The position numbers and the translations under genes are program-made. From an uncultured Pelagibacteraceae bacterium (GTDB lineage Bacteria > Pseudomonadota > Alphaproteobacteria > Pelagibacterales > Pelagibacteraceae): a DNA stretch of 64,000 nucleotides. The notes beneath the pieces were generated by a model. The model was not told the DNA's origin. It ran no database searches and was given only the letters and a program-made list of their open reading frames with translations. The stretch lies in the NCBI GenBank assembly GCA_902582475.1, contig CACHSH010000001.1, forward strand, positions 11,857 to 75,856, given 5' to 3'. Shown here piece by piece: positions 40,224 to 47,597 of the stretch (its first letter is position 1; each line of letters starts with the position of its first letter).

Positions 40224-41927
40224 TTAACTTTTTTCTAAACCAAACAATAATTTATTTTCAATTTTATTTCTCAGTTCTTGTTCAGTATCCTCTAAACTCA
40301 AAACATAGTTCCAATAGTAACGAGCTTGAATTTTTTTGTTATTCATCCATAAACAGTCGGCGAAGTGATCATTAATTATAGGATCATTTGGCATTATTTT
40401 TATCGCTAACTCTAAATAAATTTTCGCTTCTGAAAAATTTTTAAGCTTGTATAAAGCCCATCCTAGTGAGTCTGTAATATAACCGTCATTTTTTTTTAAA
40501 TTGTTTGCCTTTTTTAACATTGTGAGAGCTTGCTTCGTGTTTACATTTTTTTCGATCCATGTATATGCCAAGTAATTAATTGTATATGGTTGGTCTGGTA
40601 AGATTTCTAAAGATAACATTAAATCTTTTTCGGCCATTTTCCAGTCACCAGTTCTCTCATAGGCTGTTCCTCTTCTATCTAAAACTTTTGGATATAGTGG
40701 ATGATTTTTATCAACCTGTTTTAAAATCTTAGAATATAACTTAATTGACTCATCATATTTCTTGTGGCTTTTCAAAAAGTTTGCAAAATCAAAAGTTCTA
40801 TATAAATTAATTTTAATTTTATCATAAATTTTTTTCAAAAATTTTACAGAGTCTTCTTCTTTGCCTTGCTCTTCTAATATTAATGAAATTTCTTTACTAG
40901 CATGCCATTTATAAAAAGAACCTAAGGTAAATAATTTTTCATAAATTTTTCTTGATTGATCGTATTTTTTAAGCATTACTAAATTTTCAGCTAGCAATGC
41001 ATTATAAGATAAAAAATTTGGATTCAAATATTTAGAAAAATTAATATAAAAATTTGACAATTTATATTGTTTTTGTACTGAAAGAGCATTCGCAAAAGTA
41101 TAAAATATTTCAGCTAAAATATGTTGGGGATTTTTACAATTAAATTTATTTTCATTTTTTTCATTATTTTCTAAGCTTTCTACAAATTGATTAATTAATA
41201 AATTTCTTGGAAATTTCTTCGATATTGAATTAATAATTGACTCCGACTTTTTTCGGTCACCTTTTTGGATCAAATAATTTGCAAAAAAGAAATTGTATCT
41301 ATAAAACTTATCAGTCTTATCGTTGATAACTTTACTGAAATAATTTTCTGTATTAGCAGAGTCCAGATAGCAATTAGCAAAAATTTCCTGGATCGATTTA
41401 AGACTTTTGTAATTTGGAGACATAGATTTAATTAACTCAATGCTGTCTGTATTACTTGAAATTACAATTTTTGACCAATTTATCAGAGAAATTTTTAAAG
41501 GATCAAAAACAAATTGGTGTTCAAATGTTGGTTCAAGATTATTAAAATATGATATTGCATCTGAATAATTTTTATTTTTAAACTCATACAATCCTAAAAA
41601 AAGATTACTTTCAAAATTTGATATTTTTTTTCTTTCTAGTCTTTTGGAATAATTATAAGCGTCGCTATATTTTCCTTGATTTATTAAAGATTGCATGTAA
41701 TCCGAAGAAAATTTTTTGTTTGTATTATTAGATTTACTAAAATTATCAAAAAATCTGTTAGAAATTGAGTAATCAAAATTGTTAAATGCCACAACTCCAG
41801 AAAAATAGTTTGAAATATTTTTAGCGTCTTGATTGAAATCTGATACTTTTGAATATAATGAATTGGATATACCTAAAAAAATAAAAGTATATAATAATAT
41901 TTTAAAAACAAAGTAATAAAGTTTCAT
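40224..41927 (-). CDS. TPR-repeat protein with N-terminal signal peptide
   Basis: N-terminal hydrophobic signal, multiple TPR-like repeats, clearest in the C-terminal third (..AYERTGDWKMAEKDL...LE..P..P...N.LAY....). Function unknown. Confidence 0.7.
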   Translation of the reverse strand: MKLYYFVFKILLYTFIFLGISNSLYSKVSDFNQDAKNISNYFSGVVAFNNFDYSISNRFFDNFSKSNNTNKKFSSDYMQSLINQGKYSDAYNYSKRLERKKISNFESNLFLGLYEFKNKNYSDAISYFNNLEPTFEHQFVFDPLKISLINWSKIVISSNTDSIELIKSMSPNYKSLKSIQEIFANCYLDSANTENYFSKVINDKTDKFYRYNFFFANYLIQKGDRKKSESIINSISKKFPRNLLINQFVESLENNEKNENKFNCKNPQHILAEIFYTFANALSVQKQYKLSNFYINFSKYLNPNFLSYNALLAENLVMLKKYDQSRKIYEKLFTLGSFYKWHASKEISLILEEQGKEEDSVKFLKKIYDKIKINLYRTFDFANFLKSHKKYDESIKLYSKILKQVDKNHPLYPKVLDRRGTAYERTGDWKMAEKDLMLSLEILPDQPYTINYLAYTWIEKNVNTKQALTMLKKANNLKKNDGYITDSLGWALYKLKNFSEAKIYLELAIKIMPNDPIINDHFADCLWMNNKKIQARYYWNYVLSLEDTEQELRNKIENKLLFGLEKS

Positions 41928-41931
41928 AAGA

Positions 41932-42654
41932 ATGAAAAAAGCTAATTTTAAATCTAATAAACTAAAACTTTATCATAAATTGATTAATAATAAACTAGTG
42001 TATGACAATAAGTCCTTAAATAGATATGAGAAAGATATTAATAAAAATTCAATGATAAATTCAAAGGGTAAACTTGACCAGCTTTCATTGCTTAGAGATA
42101 AGATCAATTCAATTAAGAACTGTGAATTAAAAAAAAATGCAACCAATTTAGTTTTTTCAGACGGAAATCCCTCTTCTAAAATAATGATTATTGGAGAGGG
42201 TCCTGGAGCCAATGAAGATAAGGAAGGAAAACCTTTTGTTGGTAGAGCAGGAAAACTTCTTGATAAAATGCTAGAGGCAATAAAACTTAATAGAAAAAAT
42301 GTTTATATTTCAAATGTAGTAAATTTTAGACCTCCAATGAATAGAAAGCCAACTGAAGAAGAGATAAAAAGATATCTTCCTTTCCTTTTAAGGCACATAG
42401 AATTAATTAATCCTAAAATTTTGTTACTTCTTGGTAGTACAGCACTCAATGCAATTGTGGGAAATATAGAGGTAATTTCTAAAGCAAGAGGAAAATGGAT
42501 AAATAAGAAAATTGGTAAAACTAATCCTTGTATAATTGCTTCATTTCATCCCGCATTTTTAATGCGACAACCAGATCAAAAAAAATATGCATGGGAAGAT
42601 CTCAAAATGATCAGAAAAAAAATGTCTGAATTAAAAATAAAATTACATGAATAA
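41932..42654 (+). CDS. family 4-type uracil-DNA glycosylase (cluster-ligand-deficient variant)
   Basis: LVFSDGNPSSKIMIIGEGPGANEDKEGKPFVGRAGKLLDKML and HPAFLMR match family-4 UDG motifs. The start could alternatively be Met41 (42052). Confidence 0.85.
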   Translation: MKKANFKSNKLKLYHKLINNKLVYDNKSLNRYEKDINKNSMINSKGKLDQLSLLRDKINSIKNCELKKNATNLVFSDGNPSSKIMIIGEGPGANEDKEGKPFVGRAGKLLDKMLEAIKLNRKNVYISNVVNFRPPMNRKPTEEEIKRYLPFLLRHIELINPKILLLLGSTALNAIVGNIEVISKARGKWINKKIGKTNPCIIASFHPAFLMRQPDQKKYAWEDLKMIRKKMSELKIKLHE

Positions 42655-43216
42655 TAAAATTCTTGCTGGTGTAGATGAGGTTGGAAGAGGTTGTTTGGCG
42701 GGTCCTGTTATTTCTTGTGCTTTAGTTTTGAAAAGCAGCATTGATAAAAAAATTTTAAAAGATTCAAAGACTATCTCATTTAACAACAGAATAAAAATAG
42801 CTGAATATATAAAAAAAAATTCATGGTATGCAATTGGTTCAGCATCTGTAAATGAGATAGATAAGTACAATATTTTTAATGCGACTTTACTTTCAATGAA
42901 AAGAGCTATGAAAAAATTAAAAAAAAAACCCAATATTTTTTTAATTGATGGAACTCATGGACCAAGTAAGTTAAAAAATTTCAAAACTATTATTAAAGGC
43001 GATCAAAAAATCAAATGTATTTCTGCAGCCTCTATTGTAGCAAAGGCTTATAGAGATCTTTATATGATAAAATTGGGAAACAAATTTCCAAAATATAATT
43101 GGCAAAAAAATTTCGGCTACGGTACCTGGCAACATTTAAAAGCCTTAAGAAAATTTGGCGTTACGAACTATCATAGAAAAAGTTACAAGCCTGTACACAA
43201 GATCTTGTCAAAATAA
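42647..43216 (+). CDS. rnhB: ribonuclease HII
   Basis: AGVDEVGRGCLAGPV, DSK, IDG....., ASI.AK..RD..M. Confidence 0.95.
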   Translation: MNNKILAGVDEVGRGCLAGPVISCALVLKSSIDKKILKDSKTISFNNRIKIAEYIKKNSWYAIGSASVNEIDKYNIFNATLLSMKRAMKKLKKKPNIFLIDGTHGPSKLKNFKTIIKGDQKIKCISAASIVAKAYRDLYMIKLGNKFPKYNWQKNFGYGTWQHLKALRKFGVTNYHRKSYKPVHKILSK

Positions 43217-43260
43217 GAATTTTCAACACACGATAGACTCTTTTTTTCTTGAAAAAAAAA

Positions 43261-43289
43261 TTGACTGAAGATTCAATTTAGGGTTGAAT
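43261..43289 (+). promoter_or_regulatory. candidate ccrM promoter with GANTC site in the spacer
   Basis: TTGACT (43261-43266), 17 nt, TTGAAT (43284-43289). GATTC at 43270-43274 and GACTC at 43236-43240. Confidence 0.3.
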
Positions 43290-43296
43290 TCAGTAA

Positions 43297-44367
43297 ATGA
43301 CGAAATTTTATAACCGGATTATAAACGGCGAGTCTTTAGAAGTTTTAAAAAAGATTCCTAGTAAAACTTTTGATTTAGTTTTTGCTGACCCTCCTTACAA
43401 CATGCAAATTGGTGAAAAATTAAAACGACCCGATAATAGCAAAGTTCATGGTGTTAATGATAAGTGGGATCAATTTTTAAATTTTAAACATTACGATGAG
43501 TTTTCCAAAGAATGGTTAAAAGAATGCAAAAGAATTTTAAAGGATAATGGTTCTATATGGGTGATAGGTACTTATCACAATATTTTCAGACTAGGTTATC
43601 ATATTCAAAACTTAAATTATTGGATCTTAAACGATGTGATTTGGAGAAAAAATAATCCAATGCCAAATTTTAAAGGAACGCGATTTACAAATGCACATGA
43701 AACATTGATTTGGGCATCAAAAAGTAAAAAATCAAAATACACATTTAATTATCAATCCTTAAAATGCTTAAATGATGATTTACAAATGAGATCTGACTGG
43801 ACACTTCCTATTTGCAATGGAAAAGAAAGATTAAAAAAGAATGGAAAGAAAATTCATTCTACACAAAAACCTGAGGCCTTGTTGCATAGAATTATATTAG
43901 CAACAACAAATAAGGGCGATTTAATATGTGATCCATTTATAGGTACAGGAACCTCAGCTGTAGTTGCAAAAAAACTTGGAAGAAAGTTTTTTGGAGTAGA
44001 AAAAGATAAGAAATATTTTGGTGCAGCAAATAAGAGAATAAATTCAACAAAAATTATTGAAGATAATTATCTTGATACAGTTGAGAACAATAAGTCTAAA
44101 CCTAGGATACCTTTTGGTTCCTTAGTTGAAATGGGTATAATAAAACCAGGGTCTATTTTATTTGATCAAAAGAGGAAATTTAATGCCAAAATAATGGCTG
44201 ATGGAAGTTTAAAACATAAAGGTAATGAAGGCTCAATTCACAGAGTGGCAGCTAAAATAATGGGAACCGAAAGTTATAATGGCTGGACGTACTGGTATTG
44301 CAATATAAAAGGAAACTCGGTTTCTATAGATAATTTAAGACAGAGATTAATATCAAAAAACACTTAA
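43297..44367 (+). CDS. ccrM: cell-cycle-type N6-adenine DNA methyltransferase (GANTC-specific CcrM family)
   Basis: Beta-class order: FADPPYN early, then FIGTGTSAVVAKKLGRKFFG.E SAM motif. ~80-aa C-terminal CcrM-type domain; 356 aa. Confidence 0.9.
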   Translation: MTKFYNRIINGESLEVLKKIPSKTFDLVFADPPYNMQIGEKLKRPDNSKVHGVNDKWDQFLNFKHYDEFSKEWLKECKRILKDNGSIWVIGTYHNIFRLGYHIQNLNYWILNDVIWRKNNPMPNFKGTRFTNAHETLIWASKSKKSKYTFNYQSLKCLNDDLQMRSDWTLPICNGKERLKKNGKKIHSTQKPEALLHRIILATTNKGDLICDPFIGTGTSAVVAKKLGRKFFGVEKDKKYFGAANKRINSTKIIEDNYLDTVENNKSKPRIPFGSLVEMGIIKPGSILFDQKRKFNAKIMADGSLKHKGNEGSIHRVAAKIMGTESYNGWTYWYCNIKGNSVSIDNLRQRLISKNT

Positions 44368-45501
44368 TTAGTTGTAAACTTTTCCAATATAATTATCTAA
44401 AAAGATTTTATTTTTTAACAATATTTTTAAAAATTCATTTCTAACAGTTTTTAATATTGGATTAGAAAAATGGAATATATGATGATTCAATTTAGATCTT
44501 CGATTAATAAGTTTTATTCTCTCTAACCTTTTTTTGAAAAAAAGATCTGGGGTATGTTTATTATCTTTTGATAATAAATTAAATAATTCATTAGCTGTCT
44601 CGATTGACTGGGAGGCGCCTTGGGCCATAGTTGGAGGAAAAGTATAAAAAGCGTCTCCTATATAAAATAAATTTTCATAAATTGATTTAGAAGGTTTTTT
44701 TGAAGTATAAATCGGCCAATATTCTAATTTGTTCTCAAAAAGACTTTCTAAATTTTTATTTTGCGAAATTATTTCTTTTTTAATTAGTGCTTTCAAATCA
44801 ATATTTTTAGATAATTTTTGGCGTATTATACAAACAACATTTAATTCACCTTTTTTATTAATTGGGTAGATTACGATATGTGCATTTTTAAGCATGACTA
44901 AGGATATACTTTTTTTATCATAGTTAGAATTTGGTAAATTTTTAAGAATTGTTCTTATTGCAATTGATCCATTATAAATTGGTTGAATATTTTTATTTTC
45001 TATAATTGATTTCGTATTTGAAAAAACACCATCTGAAACAACTATGAAATCTACCAAATCATTGGTATTATCTTTAAAATTAATTAAAAGCTTTTCTTTA
45101 ATTTTTGAAATTTTTTTTACCTCTTTTCCGAATCTCAGATTATTTGCAAATAATTTATTTTTTAAAAATTCAATTAAAACTGATCTTTTTAAAGTTGTAT
45201 ACTTAAATTCTTCAGAATTAAATCTTGATAGATTTAAATCACAAATCTTATGATTTTCGCTTGAATAAAAATTTAAATTTGTTGGATTAAAAAATTCTTT
45301 ATTATCTATACTGGATAATCCAATTTTATTTAAAATAGAAACGCTATTAGGCGCTAATTGTATTCCATAACCTTCTTCAAGACTTAATGTTTTTTCTTTT
45401 TCATGAACCATTATCTCAAAATTTAAATTTTTCTTAAATAGATTTGCGATAGTCAATCCCGCAATTCCAGACCCTATAATTGCAATTTTTTTTTTCATCA
45501 A
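44368..45501 (-). CDS. FAD-dependent monooxygenase (salicylate hydroxylase/UbiH-like)
   Basis: IAIIGSGIAGLT dinucleotide-binding motif and GDAFYTFPPTMAQGASQSIE.A fingerprint. Confidence 0.8.
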   Translation of the reverse strand: MMKKKIAIIGSGIAGLTIANLFKKNLNFEIMVHEKEKTLSLEEGYGIQLAPNSVSILNKIGLSSIDNKEFFNPTNLNFYSSENHKICDLNLSRFNSEEFKYTTLKRSVLIEFLKNKLFANNLRFGKEVKKISKIKEKLLINFKDNTNDLVDFIVVSDGVFSNTKSIIENKNIQPIYNGSIAIRTILKNLPNSNYDKKSISLVMLKNAHIVIYPINKKGELNVVCIIRQKLSKNIDLKALIKKEIISQNKNLESLFENKLEYWPIYTSKKPSKSIYENLFYIGDAFYTFPPTMAQGASQSIETANELFNLLSKDNKHTPDLFFKKRLERIKLINRRSKLNHHIFHFSNPILKTVRNEFLKILLKNKIFLDNYIGKVYN

Positions 45502-46499
45502 TATAAATTCTCTACTTGTTTAAATATTTTTTTTGTAAATGTTGGTATAAATTCTTTATTATTATATATAGAATACCAATTTAAATCTTTAGGAATTTTA
45601 TTTGAAAATTTGTAATATAAATTAATATTTAATCTTTTATTTGAAATCGAATTCTTGTAATTACACAAAAAATTCCAATTTTTAAATTTATTTTTTCTTG
45701 ATTGTTTTTTAACTATTGGCAAACTACACTCCTTTAAAAAACCAATATCATTTTTCTTTGTCAAACCAATTTGTTTATTTTTATTTAGATAACAAAAAAT
45801 ATCATAACTTTTTTTATTTGTCTTAATTTTGTCAGTTAATTTTGTATTTTTTCTTGAATTAGAAAATTTGCAAATTTTATTAATTGTACAAATACTACAA
45901 CTAGGTTCTTTTGGCTTACAAATTATAGCTCCAAATTCCATCATTGCTTCTACAAAATCAGAATTTCTTTTAGAAAAGAATAAATTTTTCCTATTTTTTT
46001 CAATAATTTTTTCAAAATCAATTTTTTTTTCGTGTTTGTTAAATATCCTAGAGAAAACCCTTTTAACATTCCCATCTAAAGCTAACCGAGGCTGATTATA
46101 TATAAGTGCGAGTAAAACGTTTCCTGTATAATCACCTATACCAGGAAGTTTTTTTATATCATCTAAAGTTTTAGGAAGGATCGATTTTTTTTGTTTAGTA
46201 ACAATTTTTGCTGTAGCCATTAAATTTCTACATCTTCTGTAATAACCTAAACCCTCCCATAACTTAAGAACTTTTCTTTCGCTAGTAGAAGAAAGTTTCT
46301 TTAAAGATTTAATTTCTTTCGTAAATTTTTTAAAATAAGGAATTACAGTTTTTACTTGAGTTTGCTGCAGCATAAATTCACTCAATAACCGATAATAAAG
46401 CTTTCTAGGCGAATTATAAGGTACGCGCCACGGTAAAGAGCGCTTATTATTATCATACCAAGTAATTATTTTTTTTGATAAATTAATATTAATATGCAT
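45498..46499 (-). CDS. mutY: A/G-specific adenine DNA glycosylase
   Basis: WY....R.LPWR, HhH-GPD (LPGIGDYT), complete 4Fe-4S loop C-x6-C-x2-C-x5-C (CKPKEPSCSICTINKIC), C-terminal NUDIX-like domain. Confidence 0.93.
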   Translation of the reverse strand: MHININLSKKIITWYDNNKRSLPWRVPYNSPRKLYYRLLSEFMLQQTQVKTVIPYFKKFTKEIKSLKKLSSTSERKVLKLWEGLGYYRRCRNLMATAKIVTKQKKSILPKTLDDIKKLPGIGDYTGNVLLALIYNQPRLALDGNVKRVFSRIFNKHEKKIDFEKIIEKNRKNLFFSKRNSDFVEAMMEFGAIICKPKEPSCSICTINKICKFSNSRKNTKLTDKIKTNKKSYDIFCYLNKNKQIGLTKKNDIGFLKECSLPIVKKQSRKNKFKNWNFLCNYKNSISNKRLNINLYYKFSNKIPKDLNWYSIYNNKEFIPTFTKKIFKQVENLY

Positions 46500-46982
46500 G
46501 GTAAAAAAGTTTATATTAATAAATCAAAGTATTCTATTCAAGGACTTAAGACAGTATCAAATTCACTGCCTGGTAGTTTTAAGAAAATTTTAAAAAAAGG
46601 CGGTCATAATTACTCATCAATAATAAATAATTGGTCAAGTTTAGTTGGTAAAAAAATTTCTAATGTATGTTACCCTAAAGCAGTTAAAAGTGATAAGGAA
46701 CTAAAAAATGGGACATTAGTCCTAAATGTATTTCACGGTGATCAAATTCTAGTTGAATATAGCAAAGGAGATATTATTGATAAAATAAATACTTTTTTTG
46801 GTTATAAATTTCTAAAAGATATTAAACTTGTATTGATTAAAGAAAAAATCAGTAAAGAAATTAAAGATAATATTTCCAAGGATGATAAAATTAAATGGGA
46901 AAAAAGTGTTCAAACAATTAATAATTCTAATTTAAAAAAGAATCTACTTAATTTAATAAATACTTATAACAAAAGAAAATAG
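46494..46982 (+). CDS. DUF721 (DciA-like) domain protein
   Basis: ..W..LVG..I...C.P..........L.L.V......LVE.........IN.FFGY typical of DUF721. Divergent from mutY, as is common in Alphaproteobacteria. Confidence 0.6.
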   Translation: MHGKKVYINKSKYSIQGLKTVSNSLPGSFKKILKKGGHNYSSIINNWSSLVGKKISNVCYPKAVKSDKELKNGTLVLNVFHGDQILVEYSKGDIIDKINTFFGYKFLKDIKLVLIKEKISKEIKDNISKDDKIKWEKSVQTINNSNLKKNLLNLINTYNKRK

Positions 46983-46988
46983 TATTAG

Positions 46989-47591
46989 ATGAAAAAAATT
47001 ATAACAACTTTTTATTATTTATTATTTATATTTATTTTTAATATTGCTCAATGTTATTCTTCTGAAAATAAAGGTCTTTTATATATCGGAAGCAAAGATG
47101 CAAAAGTAACTGTAAAAGTTTTTTCTTCATTGACCTGCCCACATTGTGCTAACTTTCACATAAAAATTTTCAAAAAGCTTAAAAAGGAATTTGTTGATAC
47201 AAACAATGTGAGATTTGAACATCACTCATTTCCTCTTGATTTAGCGGCTTTAAATGCTGAGAAAATTATAAGGTGTGTAGAAAATAAAAATATAAGACTT
47301 AATTTATTAACTGGCCTTTACAAAATGCAAGACAATTGGGCATCGGGTTCAGATATTAACAGTATTAATGAAAAATTGATTAAAATTGCAAACGATTACA
47401 ACATAAATAGTGATAAAAGTAATAGCTGTTTGAATGACGCAAAATTAGAAGACAAAATATTAGAAGAAAGAATTAATGGAAATAAAAAGTATTCAATCGA
47501 GTCAACGCCTACTATTTTTATTAATGAAAAAAAATATAATGGGGAACACAATTATAATGATTTTAAAAAAGTAATACAAAAACTTCTTTAA
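46989..47591 (+). CDS. DsbA-family thiol:disulfide oxidoreductase
   Basis: Signal peptide, thioredoxin-fold CPHC active site, STPTIFIN cis-Pro loop region. Confidence 0.85.
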   Translation: MKKIITTFYYLLFIFIFNIAQCYSSENKGLLYIGSKDAKVTVKVFSSLTCPHCANFHIKIFKKLKKEFVDTNNVRFEHHSFPLDLAALNAEKIIRCVENKNIRLNLLTGLYKMQDNWASGSDINSINEKLIKIANDYNINSDKSNSCLNDAKLEDKILEERINGNKKYSIESTPTIFINEKKYNGEHNYNDFKKVIQKLL

Positions 47592-47597
47592 AAATTT

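Noticed and set aside
43180-43296. Searched for a CtrA box (TTAA-N7-TTAA) upstream of ccrM
   Set aside because: No TTAA-N7-TTAA (indeed no TTAA) is present in this stretch, so no CtrA-site claim is made.
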